A stretch of 63,811 nucleotides of DNA, counting the filler, from Octopus bimaculoides (lineage: Eukaryota), in NCBI RefSeq assembly GCF_001194135.2. It is 7 parts of 6 records of this genome, joined end to end, with 100 filler letters (N's around TTAATTAATTAA, not from the genome) between each part and the next. Parts side by side here need not be neighbours in the genome. Positions count along the whole stretch, not along the records: positions 1 to 17,145 come from NC_068985.1; positions 17,246 to 27,150 come from NC_068992.1; 5 more parts are not named here. One strand, written 5' to 3'. Below the pieces are notes generated by a model, which saw only the letters and a program-made list of their open reading frames with translations, had not been told where the DNA came from and ran no database searches. A program made the translations under genes and the position numbers. Below are positions 11,901-25,150 of the stretch, one piece after another; the first letter of the stretch is position 1, and the number at the start of each line of letters is the position of its first letter.

Positions 11901-14651
11901 CAGCATGTCTTTGCAGGTAGACATAAATATATCACATACATGTATGTATCAGCATGTAAGTCTGACTAAGTATGCTAAGAAACGCACTCACATTGACATG
12001 CCTTACAATAAATCATGTCAAAAAAAAAAAATTAAATAAACATAATGAATAATGTAGAAATTGAGAATAAATTGCTACCAGAAATGGTATAAAAAAAAAA
12101 AAAAATAATACTTATTATTTTCAGTGTTTAATAATTATTTTACCAGTTTAAAGTTTTTTATAACCAAAATGTTTTATTATCAGTTCTGTAACATCATTCT
12201 TTGGAAAAAAAATCTTAACAGAAAAGTATTATTCAGTATTGATGAACGATAAGAATTTGTGTAGTTACTTTTTGGTGGGGTTTTCTGTAACTTTAAGCAG
12301 ATGAAATAAATCCCTCCATACATACTCCTACACAAGAAGATTACTGCTGATAACTTTGAGAAAACAGTCTGGTATCTGTTTTGTTGTTGTCAAAGAAACT
12401 GAGGCAACATAAAAAGTTCTGTCTTCAAAACAGAATTCAACACATATCTGCAGATAGTTTGATACATCAGTAGATAGTTTGGTATCTTATACACTCAACC
12501 ATTCAGCTTCTAGGTGAAAAGATTATTTTATTGTGAGGGAGAAAAGTCTAACATTTTGGGCAAAACCATTTGTTGAAGGGAGATATGTTTCACTAATTTG
12601 CTTAGGATTCTATTGTTTCATTTTGGCATTAACCTTCTACTTCACCTCTTAAATTTATGGCTGACAATATAATAACCAGTATAAATCAATATCAATATTT
12701 AAGATACAAATTATTAATTTAAAATTAAGAGTATTCCATTTTAGTGTAAGGCTACACATTTTCAGAGTATGAAGTATGAAGTAAATTAATTTATAGTTTA
12801 ATTCCAGCTAGTATATGATGCTTATCAACTCTGGTGGGATGAAAAACAAAGTTCATCTCCATGACACTTGTTATCAGAAAAATATAGCTTGAACATAACT
12901 TTGATCTTCTGTCTATTTCACATTATTCTGCATGGCATTTAGTCTGGCACCGCCCTCCCTACTGATGTCTGCCATTCATTGTGGCAGTATTGAGAGTAAT
13001 ATTAATATGATATTAATATAATATAATATTAATATAATAATTTATATCTTTAATTGTATTTTAATTCATGACTGATAAAATAAAAAATAAAAAAGCATGT
13101 TAAATAATGAACGTAAAATAACCACAAAAACTGCACAAAACTTGTTTGCTTCACTTCATAACATTTATTATACCAATGTTATATTGTTGTTTATATGAAT
13201 GTTTGTTAGGATTTGTGTGTATTTCTTCTTTTTTTTCTCTTTTATCAATAGAAAAATATGGATTTTTTTTCACATTTTCCATTTGTTTTGATTTTATTTA
13301 TATTTTTTCTCTACTATATAATTAGTCCCACTCATTCAGTATACATTATTATTATTTTTATTACTGTTACTTTGACCATTAGATTTTTCTCTTCCATTAT
13401 GTTTTAACTTTTTTTATTTTTCCATAAAGCAATAGTTTTACCTTAATTTTGCTACTATTTTAAAAATCTTTATAACGATCCCATAATCTATCTACAACAA
13501 AATTCCTACTTGCAGCTAATAGAAATCATTTTGATGATGATGATGATAATGATAATGATGATGATGGTGACGATAAGTAAAAAAACATTTTTTTTGAAGT
13601 TCATTTTAAAATAATCCCTTAAATTATTAAGAACACATTTCTATTTTATTGAAGCAAGAAATATTTTCCTGCAAATTTTTGTTTTCTTTTTCAAAAGCAA
13701 TGGTTGATATAAATAAATAAATAATTAAAAAAAATTAAAATAGGAAAAGTCTTTTAATCCTATTTTTTTTTTTGTAATTTGCTGAAAATGGGAAAGGAGC
13801 ACAAGAGAAAGATGGAATGGATGTGGATTGTTCCAGAATTTATATCAGAACTTAGTACTTAACACATTTTCTCCACCCAACCTATCATCCGGATTTTGTG
13901 CCATTCAGAATTTAGGGAAAGACAAAAANNNNNNNNNNNNNNNNNNNNNNNNNNNNNNNNNNNNNNNNNNNNNNNNNNNNNNNNNNNNNNNNNNNNNNNN
14001 NNNNNNNNNNNNNNNNNNNNNNNNNNNNNNNNNNNNNNNNNNNNNNNNNNNNNNNNNNNNNNNNNNNNNNNNNNNNNNNNNNNNNNNNNNNNNNNNNNNN
14101 NNNNNNNNNNNNNNNNNNNNNNNNNNNNNNNNNNNNNNNNNNNNNNNNNNNNNNNNNNNNNNNNNNNNNNNNNNNNNNNNNNNNNNNNNNNNNNNNNNNN
14201 NNNNNNNNNNNNNNNNNNNNNNNNNNNNNNNNNNNNNNNNNNNNNNNNNNNNNNNNNNNNNNNNNNNNNNNNNNNNNNNNNNNNNNNNNNNNNNNNNNNN
14301 NNNNNNNNNNNNNNNNNNNNNNNNNNNNNNNNNNNNNNNNNNNNNNNNNNNNNNNNNNNNNNNNNNNNNNNNNNNNNNNNNNNNNNNNNNNNNNNNNNNN
14401 NNNNNNNNNNNNNNNNNNNNNNNNNNNNNNNNNNNNNNNNNNNNNNNNNNNNNNNNNNNNNNNNNNNNNNNNNNNNNNNNNNNNNNNNNNNNNNNNNNNN
14501 NNNNNNNNNNNNNNNNNNNNNNNNNNNNNNNNNNNNNNNNNNNNNNNNNNNNNNNNNNNNNNNNNNNNNNNNNNNNNNNNNNNNNNNNNNNNNNNNNNNN
14601 NNNNNNNNNNNNNNNNNNNNNNNNNNNNNNNNNNNNNNNNNNNNNNNNNNN

Positions 14652-14692
<41 letters not shown>

Positions 14693-15493
14693 CATGCACC
14701 ATTAAACTTGAAATTTGTTTTGTTTTGTCTTTGAAATTGGTCTGTGTTTCCCCATCTGTTGTTGCTATGTTTTTGAATTGCATCTATCTTCTTTTTATGC
14801 ATTAGTTTAAAGATCCTTCAATCCTGTACATTGGACATGAACTGTTTTAATTGAATCATGAATCAATATAAGTTTATGTTTCCAGCAGATACCAGTTATT
14901 TAACCCAAGGTTGGTCAGCCCTCAACAAGTTACAAGGCATTCCAGCTTTGATTATCTTGTCATTTTACATCCAGGGTTACATTCCTGTTTTAAGATGGTA
15001 GGGTATGAGTTGAAGGAATTTAGTTGTTATTTCTAGTAGGTCAAGTGACCACTTGGAAGCTCCCTTGTTAGTGTTGGGACTGGCAATTGAAAAACTTAGG
15101 TAATAAAATTCCGTTTATAAAAAGAAACTATATTTCATATTTCCAATAATGTATAAATTTGAATTACCTATACAGCACACATATGTATAAAGTGTGTTTA
15201 TAATACACACACACACACAAATACACAAACTGTAGATCAAATGCTATAACTTACAACAAACTGAGCAAATGATTCTTATGTAATTCATCAATAAGCACTA
15301 CTGTTTGCGTGTGTGTTTCTTGTTCATGTTAATAAAGCTTAATATTCTTCATGGGATTATGTGAAGATATGTTGAAATAATGACTACTTTTGACTAGGCA
15401 TAAGCTAATTAATATTTTTTTTTTTTTCTTTTAGTAAAAAATAGAATTTTTTGGGAATTGAATCCAATTTATTACTTGTACTTATTCTTGAAG

Positions 15494-15677
15494 AGATGAG
15501 AGGCTATTGATTCTGCCACAAGGTGAGTACTTTTAAAAGTCTTTTTATCAAGATATAACTGCATTGCAATTGAATATTGCTAACTCATATATATTCTTCA
15601 AAAATTCTATGTAGCATTATTAGAGTTTCAACAAATATATTTACTATGATAATATTTCCTTTCAGGAAATGGATAAC
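15494..15677 (+). CDS. Candidate last two coding exons of an unidentified gene (15494-15522 and 15666-15677)
   Basis: cttattcttgaag/ ... CAAG/gtgagt donor; tttcctttcag/ acceptor at 15665; joined frame DERLLILPQGNG*; AATAAA about 25 bp after the stop. No homology recognised. Confidence 0.2.
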
Positions 15678-16357
15678 TAGAAAAAGTTACAAATATTTAG
15701 AAATAAAAGACCCTATAATTTAAGCAAAGGAATAAGAAAATGTAATAATGTTTATGCTGTTTCCATAAACATTTCTAGTATGAAGTGGCAAGGAACAAAA
15801 CTATTTCATGGTTAGCATTTCAAAGAAGCTTGTCTCATATTTCTTCAACATTTATTACTGTTTCCATCACAATATTTTAATTCATTAATTTGAGCATGGA
15901 GAATATGAATTGATCCCATAATTGTTTATTTTTGTAAAGTTTTTAATCTTTTTCTTGTAAGAGAACTTCAGTTTTGTCCTGAACAACTTTCTAGCTTCTC
16001 CAAAGATATCTCAAATTGAAATTCTTTGCTTTTCCTGAAAAGTGATACATTTAAAACTAGTTACATTTAAAACTAAATTAAATGATCAAATCAACATGGA
16101 AACACAAATGTGTTGAGAATATATTTCTAAATATATCTAAGCATGAGTTAATAATATATTAACCAATCAGTTTTATTTGTTTTTATATTACTTTAATGTT
16201 GCTCAATTTTGATTCATGTTAATGTGTTGAACTGTGCTTTCCTGAGATAAAAGGGAAATTCTTTTCTAATATTTGCAACTGTCTAATTTCTATTATTTTG
16301 AAAATTTTGTGTTTTCTATTGTTAAAGATAATGAAGGCAATTTTTTTTTCAGTTATA

Positions 16358-16398
<41 letters not shown>

Positions 16399-16450
16399 NN
16401 NNNNNNNNNNNNNNNNNNNNNNNNNNNNNNNNNNNNNNNNNNNNNNNNNT

Positions 16451-17145
16451 TACTGCCCCGGTGACGTTCTTGCAACACCAGCAATGTTCTTGCGTTGCCA
16501 GGTACCTTCTTGCAGCCCCAGGCTCATTCTTGTGGCCCTAGGCACATACTTAGGACCACAGGAACATACATACGGAAACAGGCACGTTCTTGCGGTGCCA
16601 GGCATGTTCTATCGACACCAGTAACATACTTGCGGCCGGAGGAATGTTCTTGCAGTTCCAGGCACGTTATTGCGGCCCCAGGCACGTTCTTGCGGCGCCA
16701 GATATGTTGTTTCGACGCTAGGTAGGTTCTTTCGGCCTCGGACACGTTGTTGCGGCGCCGGGCAAGTTCTTGAGGTGCAGGGCCCATTCGGCGCCGATCA
16801 AGTACTTGCAGAGCTTGGCACTTGCTTCCGGCGTCGATCAAGTACTTGCAGAGCTTGGCACTTGCTTCCGGCGCCGGACATGTTCCTGCAGCGCCGGGCA
16901 CGATCTTGCGGCCCCGAGCTTGTTCTTGCAGTTCCATGCACGTTATTGCGGCGCCAGGTACGTTGTTGCAGTGCCGGGTACGTTGTTGCGGCCCCAGGCA
17001 CGTTGTTGCGGTGCCGAGAAAGTTCTTGCGACGGCAGGCACGTACTTACATCCCAGGGCTTGTACTTACGGCCCAAGGAACGTGCATACGACCCCAGACA
17101 CGTAGTTACTGCCCCGAGCACGTTCTTGCGGTACCAGGAACGTTC
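16451..17145. repeat. GC/CpG-rich tandem satellite, ~21-bp unit (consensus GGCACGTTCTTGCGGCGCCAG), ~33 degenerate units, both ends bounded by N gaps
   Basis: Unit visible directly (e.g. 16681-16701). Internal exact 39-bp duplication at 16795-16833 and 16835-16873. Confidence 0.95.
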
Positions 17146-17249
17146 NNNNNNNNNNNNNNNNNNNNNNNNNNNNNNNNNNNNNNNNNNNNTTAATTAATTA
17201 ANNNNNNNNNNNNNNNNNNNNNNNNNNNNNNNNNNNNNNNNNNNNTTAA

Positions 17250-17285
<36 letters not shown>

Positions 17286-17360
17286 GAGAATATACAAAAA
17301 ATAACAACAGACGAGGACAGGTGGTGTAAATAACAAAAGTATATATTAGTATGACGCTCG

Positions 17361-17404
<44 letters not shown>

Positions 17405-17607
17405 TAGATATATAGATAGATAGATAGATAGATATAGATAGGTAGATAGATAGATAGATAGATAGATAGATGGTTATGTGCGTGTGCGCACGTGCATGTG
17501 TGTGCATGCATGTATATATATATTATATTATATGTTACCACGAAATCAGTCGTATACAACGTTATTTTACTTTTTGCATGTAAGTTCAGAACCATGTTTT
17601 TCTGCAG

Positions 17608-17662
17608 GCAGCCTCTACGTCATCTTTAAAGAAGAAGGTTATTGTATTGGTAATTAGAGTAG
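17608..17662 (+). CDS. Candidate internal exon
   Basis: tttttctgcag/ acceptor and AG/gtgagt donor; frame 0 open (AASTSSLKKKVIVLVIRV); no partner exon established. Confidence 0.15.
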
Positions 17663-19190
17663 GTGAGTAGGTCATTGTGACGGTTGTGTTTGATGCCTCA
17701 GGGAATCAATTGAATACCAGATTCCCATATCTACTACAGTTATAACGATCCGCACTTTACTTTCAAAGTACCACAGTCTGCTTTCCTTGCAAATAATAAG
17801 AGAGAATCTACTATACATTTATTCAAATAACTATTAATGGTAGCCAATTTTACTTCCCAAAATAGTACAGTCATGGAACCCCGAACGAGATAAAAATTAC
17901 AAATCTCTATACAATTTTTGAAGGATGTTCGTATGTTTGTAATAAAAACGGATGGTTATTTCGTTGCTGCTATATTCCCCTTGTGCTATGCCGCGTGTGT
18001 TATCACGATTAACTTTAACTGCTAAATATGTTTAACATACTAGTTTCAATGTAATATCACTTCCTTGTGATGATGTCATGAATAAAATGCATGAAAACAT
18101 GACAAGAGCAGCAAAAATTAGAAATCACCCTAGAAGAAAAATTTAGACTGTTAACTGTCTTCAAAACTAATTAAATCCTTAGATAAAATATGCGATGGTC
18201 ACGTTTAGAATGCATTTGTTATGTTTTGTCTTTCGGTTAGTTTTGAACAGCATCTGCCTAACAAATGTGCACCAATAATTGAAAATATATATAATTTAGT
18301 TGAATGTTAAGGTTTTATAACACTGCAGGTAAATTCAAAACGTTCATCAATGTTACCATAATGTGAAATTCTATTATGGTCTGAAAGTGACTGAACTTCA
18401 CATCTTGTGAAGCGTAAGAACAAATTTTATTTATAAAACCAAATTTATTCTTTACCTGTTTTGTACTTATTATGTTAGCTACGTCTACAATACAGAAGTA
18501 AAATATGAGTATTTTAAAAGCAAATCCCATAACATTTGTGCGAAACAATTTATAGTACTTTTGTTGTAAGATTACGTAAAAAAATTAAGCTGAATTATTT
18601 CTGGATAATTTTCTTGGTAGTGGTGAGTTGGTTGGTTATGCGTTACCACTGCATTGTTTAATTTTTCAGCAACTCATTTCATAATGACAAAGTAGAGAAA
18701 ATTTAATGTGACTGGATTTTGTGAATACAACTCAAACCTATTGCCAGCAAAATTACCTTGTGCTTTGAATTTCAGTGCTGATTATAGTATTTGATGAAGC
18801 CATGATGTCTTTTCAAATAATTTGACGGTTTCCCAGTAAAGAATCTGAGCTCCGTTTCTGTTTATGCAGATGAAAACGTTAATGAATCAATTTAATTTGC
18901 ATCTGTGAAAACATTTAATCTTAAGGAATTCAATTATAATGTATATGTTTTGAAGTGCATAGATATACTGCACAGTATAACTAAATCACTGTAAAGAACA
19001 TTTTGGCCGTAACGCATCTAGAACAAGGCTTTCAGTGAGTACATTTTTCACTAGGTTACAACATGATCAAATAATCTATGCTTCCCAAGAATTCTGTAAA
19101 TCAGATCCTAATCTCCAACGGCTCAGCGATTAATGTGGCCGTCTTACACTGAGAAAGGTATTTTTTTTTTGGCTTTTGTATCTCAAACAG

Positions 19191-19291
19191 ATTTAGTTCC
19201 TTCTTGATCAGGGATGACGGCTGCTTAGGCAATGATACCAACAGCAACTACAAGATACGCAACTTTATATGCCACGAAGGCATGCATAAAG
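19191..19291 (+). CDS. Candidate internal exon, unidentified protein
   Basis: ggcttttgtatctcaaacag/ acceptor and AAAG/gtaatt donor; 101 nt, open in one frame: FSSFLIRDDGCLGNDTNSNYKIRNFICHEGMHK. Confidence 0.35.
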
Positions 19292-19555
19292 GTAATTTAC
19301 TTTGAGCATGTTATATTCCTTCTATGATTTTACGCAACGATTCAATGGTAAGCGTACCAGTTATTTGAAAATAAGTCATCATAAATTATTGTCTACCTCA
19401 AAGTTTTGTGGAACTAAGTACACGAATGTCATCAAACGGGCATTGTCATTATTACGAATAAGCTTCAACGTCAAATAAATGTTTACTCCGTTCTAAGGAC
19501 TGGTATCTTTCTGAATTTGTGTACATTAATTGGCGTAAATAACTGCGGTGCCCAG

Positions 19556-19611
19556 TTTTTGATGTCCTAAGACGCAAGATGAATTACAGAAAAATATCAT
19601 CTGTCTTCTTC

Positions 19612-19676
<65 letters not shown>

Positions 19677-20044
19677 TAATTATTTGAACTCCTTTGATTT
19701 AAATCTTTTTAGTATTTATAAATCTATTACACATTAATCTAGTTTATTGCTGTGAGTGATTACAAAGATTCCAGCTTCTAGTCATTTCTTCAAAGAGTAA
19801 ACAATGGGAAATGTATTTTCAATTCCATGGAAGTTTCCATTTTGCTGATTTTTTTTCTGCAAGGAGTTTCGTAGTTATTAAAAATCAAACAAAATATTTA
19901 TTTCATGTTTGTAGAAGTCAAAAAACGTTTAATGGTGTTGGGAATACAAGCATCGCAACACAGAATGTGACTTCCATAGATAAAACAAAAAAATATATAT
20001 CTCAGTTGATATTAACCCAGTCGTCATTAAAACAACACACCTAA
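19556..20044 (+). CDS. Candidate following exons (19556-19613 and 19915-20044) phase-compatible with 19191-19291
   Basis: CAG/gtatat donor at 19613; tttcatgtttgtag/ acceptor at 19914; joined frame VFDVLRRKMNYRKISSVFFRSQKTFNG...LKQHT*. The acceptor at 19555 is weak. Confidence 0.2.
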
Positions 20045-21549
20045 AGATCAGATGACATAAATTTCGAGCATCTCACTCAGATTAAGAACATATAGTAACT
20101 GGAGGTCAGCGATTGCTACTAAATACTAGGGTCGATACATTCGACTAATTATCCTGGAAGGTGGTGCCCCAGAAGGGCTACTGTCTTATGACTGAAGCAA
20201 GTTTTAAAATATAAAAAAAATGAATATGCCATCAGAATGATACTGTTATCAAAGAACAACAAAGCAAACAATAGCTATGCACAAAACGCCGTGGCATAAT
20301 TTAGAAGCCACAAATTAGTCTTCCTCCCTCCCTTTTAATACCATATAGAACCAAAATATACTTGCAAATCGACACAGTTCCATTTCGCTTTAGATAGGCA
20401 AACACTAGAGGCACATTGGAGTCTGTGGAAAGATATCAACTTGACTTATCACAAAAGACCTAGAGATTTTACGAAACTACTGAGGAAATATACGAATATT
20501 TACGCCTCATTTTGAGACCACAATCAAAATCAGCATGATGAACTGTCTTAAAATGCATATTTCTTCATTTTGCAACCCCACAATATCACTTGCTTAAATC
20601 ATATTTTCAGAATATATGACTTACGTCACTGAATCTGCCAAATCAAGCAGCCACTGTCGTTTTTAAACATCAATGCATTTGTTTAACAATAAAGTTTTGT
20701 ATTTCGTGCAATATATTTTGTACTACGTCATTTATGTCACATACCTAACACAACTTTCCCTTCAACTATAAATTCCCTACTTCATTTGTTAGCAATATAA
20801 TAGCTAGTTTCAATTCGTACACGAAAGAATGAAACACAGAAATGCACTTTAACTCTAAAATATACTAAATTCCTTTATATTGGCAAGTGATCACAAAAGA
20901 GATACGAAATACGAAAACATATTTTGCCCGTTACAGTAATCATCAATGATCAAACATTTGCTTATTTCTAAGAATAACCATAGAAAGCGAAAGAAAATGT
21001 TTCTCACAAACTGACATATTCACAACCATAATTTAAACATATTTAATTTTTTTCATAGAGTGGTTCTAAGTTAGATTCTTACAATAAAGCATTTTTCATA
21101 AGGTTTCTAGAGACCCCTCATTTTAGTATCAATAAAATTCCTCCATACAACTAAAACTTGAATTGTCGCACCATCATTCATCTGATACTGTTCATATAAA
21201 CTCCGGACAAGATAGGTAATTACATACACATTTTGAGCTAGCTCCACTTTTACGTTACAAAATGAGAACGATAATTATATAACCAAAAAACTGTAACATT
21301 ACTTCTGTATATTCAAATCCAGATTTCTATGCTGCATTCTACATTTCTGGTCAAACCACTCAGGTTTTATATATGTTGTGTTCATGCAGTAAATCAGACT
21401 GATAGGATGATCTGGTTTCTAGTCAGATCACTACTTATCATGATATACATGCACCTCAATTTGAACATGTCTGAGAAAATTTAATGATTTTATCAACACT
21501 ATTTTTAACACGCATTAAAATTAAGGAAAACACTCTTTATAAAGAATTT

Positions 21550-21762
21550 GGTAAAGACGGCGATCTAGCAGAATCATTAGCACACCGGGATGAAAATGCT
21601 TAGTAGCATTTCGTCCATCTTTACTTTCTGAGTTAAAATTTCGCCGAGGTTGTCTTTACATTTCTGTGGCGAAAAAATAAGTACCGGTTGAGTACTGAGG
21701 CCGATGTAAATGACTCATCCGCACCCCTGAAATTGCTCGTCGTGCGCCAAACTTTGAAACCA
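21550..21762 (+). mobile_element. Octopus-type tRNA-related SINE (OK-like family); further copies at ~36395-36600, 36650-36800, 37430-37600, 37634-37850, 40740-40900, 41435-41648, and degenerate ones near 9100 and 9720
   Basis: Shared motif TTCTGAGTTCAAATT..GCC.AGGT.GACTTTGCCTTTCATCC...GATAAAATAAGTACCAGT, usually ending in an (ATT)n tail. Confidence 0.8.
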
Positions 21763-22499
21763 ATATGGATGCAATATTTATTCAATTCGGTACTAAGGAT
21801 ATTTTATTTAAGTTTCCTTTGTGATTTAGAATGTAAGATTTGTCTAAACAAAATATGGGTCACAATTTCGTTTCAGAAGATTGTTAAACTATAAGTATTT
21901 TATATTTAAGAGATGAGGAATTACGTACATTATTTACATTATTTAGATTCGACGGATATTTGTAGTCTTACTATTTGAGCAGAAGAAAAATGAAAGCAAA
22001 AATACACAACACTATGTAGTATATCCGTTGAAGCTTTCCTTGTAAGTATACAAATATATAGATACATATTATGTATATTCATATGCACATATGTATGTCA
22101 AAGGGCATTATATTACGTCTGTGTATGTGTGCATGCATGTGTGTGTCTGTGCATGTTTACCTGCGTCTGTGTTTGTGTGTGTGTGTGTGTGCGTGTGCGT
22201 GCGCGCGCGTGTGTGTGCGTGTGCGTATGTTTGTGTGTGTGAATGTGCAGTATGGTTAATTACACTATGAAACAAATCTATTAACCGAGATAATGCAATG
22301 AAATTGAAGTTTCTCTCTGTATATACGTTTAAGTTCCAAAAAGAATGACCAAAGTAGATAAATAGAAACAAATCAATTGATTACAACACGAAGACAATAT
22401 ACAATTGCACTTCGATGGGGATACGATCTTTTAAACAAAATATGAAAAGCAACGGAAAGATTTAATCTTCACTATCGAATTATGTTCTAGACAGCTGCC

Positions 22500-22990
22500 A
22501 TTATTAAGTGTAAAGATCATAGATTTACAGTAATATCAGTCTGAGTGGTATCCAAGCCAATACAAATAGTAATGCAGATAATGCAAAGTACAATATCTAA
22601 AGTTCACCTTCTCCAGTTTATATTTTTCTTCAATCAGATCATTGTTCGAATATTTCAAACTTTTATTAGCCAGTTTCTCCATATTTTTTTACTGGTTCAA
22701 ACATGTTTATCATTTTACTTACCCAAATGTGCGGCATCATGTAGTATGCATTTTCATATTCCAAGCATGCTACATCCAATCCCGTCACCTTTTTATCAAC
22801 AACTGGCCTTTACTTTTCTTTCTGTAGCCCTTCTGTTCCACTGGAAGTAGATCGTTACTTTCCAGGTGTTGATATAACGTTTCAACTTAGACACCGGTCA
22901 TAATCTTCAATATATATAACAATATGGTTATAGGTCGAAACTTTGATACCAAGTTGCCTTAGTATTGGGAAAAGACTGATGTAGAGAGAT
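22500..22990 (-). mobile_element. R4/Dong-like (RLE-type) non-LTR RT fragment, highly decayed
   Basis: Minus-strand translation KFRPITILLYI.KIMTGV..LYQHLESNDLLPVEQKGYRKKSKGQLLI...AYYMMPHIWV resembles the EQKG(C)RK and KAYDMVPHSW motifs. Confidence 0.65.
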
Positions 22991-24925
22991 CTTGAAAATG
23001 TAAATGATACGGATGAGGAACTTGAACATTAAAGCAATATTGTGCATAGATTACGAAGAGAACACTTTCAATTCCATTTCACCTTCCAAATACTGCATGC
23101 TTTGCACACAGGGCATATTCTATAAAACGATTACATAATGAAGTGTTACTACGACAACAGAAATTAACACTGGTGAAGGCAATAGGGATTTGTATGTATT
23201 AGTTGAAAGTATAATCATCATAAAATTAATCACATGATTTCCCCTCTAAATATTTTAACGTTTCTATTTTTCATGATTCTCACGCTCAAAGATATCAACA
23301 AGTTATGGTAAATATAGTACATATTGCATGATATTAAAGGATCTGCAAAAAGTGTCTTCCAGAATGTAATAAATGATCGGGTTAAAATGTGAATTATGAT
23401 TCATTCGATTTGGTGAGTGGCTTTGCCTCGACACAAAATAGATGTAGAACATCGATGTCATAAAATCTGGCATTATAGGGATCTTAGTTCATGCCAGATG
23501 AATAGGTCAAAGCAGTTGTGAATAAACGGTCCTAACTCCAATCATAAAAATGTCCTTTACGGCTATAAAATCCACTAATTTGTAAAATATTTCGGAAGTA
23601 CAGCAAATTAATGGGAGTAATAATGAAAAATGACGTGCATATTTCTCTTGCTGCAGCGTATCTCTTTTATTATTTCTAACTTTACCGGTTTTCATTTCTG
23701 AAGTAAAATTGAGAAAATCATTGGAAATTAATGTAATACTTTAAATAAACAACACTCAATTACTGAATTAAGTGATGTGTTCATTGCATTAGATATTAAT
23801 TATACTAACCACAAGTAAAAATTGTTCAAACCAGCCAGCACGAAAAGTTAAATTGCAGTAAAGTAATATGCTAAAACAAAATTATATTAGTATTCACCGA
23901 TAGATAATTAGTTTTAAAACTGATCACATTAATAATGATGGATTTATAATAATGCAGCGATCAGAAATCCCACACAGATATGTATGCATTGGAAAGAAAT
24001 TTGTGAATAGCAACACTATAGTTAGTGTTTACCAATGGACCCAGCATGACATAAGTTCATGTTGATAAGTGAAATATTGTGTTCGATTAACAAAAAAATG
24101 ACATGTAATGTTTACCTAAATGTCTTTATTTAAATGTGTTTGGCGATTTTCAAAACGTTTATTAGGTCCCTCGATGCAATACAGAATTCGTAGTATACAT
24201 ACAATTGAGTATTCGCGTGTGCGTATGTGTAAGTAGATAGTTATTCTAAGCAGCATGGTAGAACAGGATGTCAATTATAATTCGTGTGAAACAAAGAATT
24301 AAAATATTTTCATATTATTTTTTGTTATGGGAATTTTATTCAACGTCATGCCTAGTGTCACGGAAGCCTGTGAGAAACTTTCAATCTTTTCTTGTATCCT
24401 TAAGGAATGGCTTTAAGAGATTTTAGTTCGTTAATTAAATCTCCGAAATTCAAACAAGTAGTTTTGATTAGTTTTTTTAAGTAGTCGTCAGGAATGATTC
24501 TGACAACAACTAACGACACCAGACGCTGAATATTTGCAACAAACTTGGATTTTGTATTCGCTTTGCAAGATTCATGTATGATTTCATATGTTGAATCAAG
24601 TTCTGTTGTATCTTTGGGGAGTCATTTCGTCTACAATAATAAACGCGCGTACGGGCCCAATATCATTCGTTCATTGCACGTCCTTGGTTAATTATCTAAC
24701 CAACAAATCAATAATTTCCTTAATTCATTGATTAGCATATATAAAGAAAAGAGCAAATAGAGAAATATTGATGAACATCAATTGACTTACATCCATTATT
24801 ATTTATTAATTCAACACAAATAGACTTCATCCCATCTAACAACTGTTTCTGCTTCCATAGTTGTATGGTATTGCCATTGGTATGCTACAGATATTTATTA
24901 CATTTGTTAATAAAACCGATCTGTA

Positions 24926-25150
24926 ACATGGAGCTTCATCAGAGTGAAGAAGAATTAAAAAAAGATGAGCCTAGAGAAAAAAAGGAAGAGTTTTATATGG
25001 CTATAATCATACCATCTTGCTTGTCTATCTCTTTGGGACGTTAAGTAAATAACTAGACTTAAAATAGTATATGGTGGGTTAATCCATTTTACGGAGGAGG
25101 GTAGGATGGTTAAATGATAAGAATAAAAAATAATAGTGGGAAACGCCAAT
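24926..25150 (-). mobile_element. Penelope-like element fragment ending in a decayed hammerhead-like core
   Basis: ORF 24955-25149 contains KWINPPY (PLE motif W-F-NPPY); CTGATGAAGCTCCATGT follows immediately on the same strand. Confidence 0.45.

Noticed and set aside
12300-12480. Minus-strand TDVSNYLQICVEFCFED as a possible Buster fragment
   Set aside because: The similarity is too short and degenerate to support by eye.
13785-13860. Frame ENGKGAQEKDGMDVDCSR, exon-like composition
   Set aside because: No AG acceptor upstream and no GT donor before the stop.
16495-17197. Several 76-175 aa ORFs over the 21-bp satellite
   Set aside because: They are open on both strands and in multiple frames only because the unit is 21 bp and GC-rich; there are no splice or start signals.
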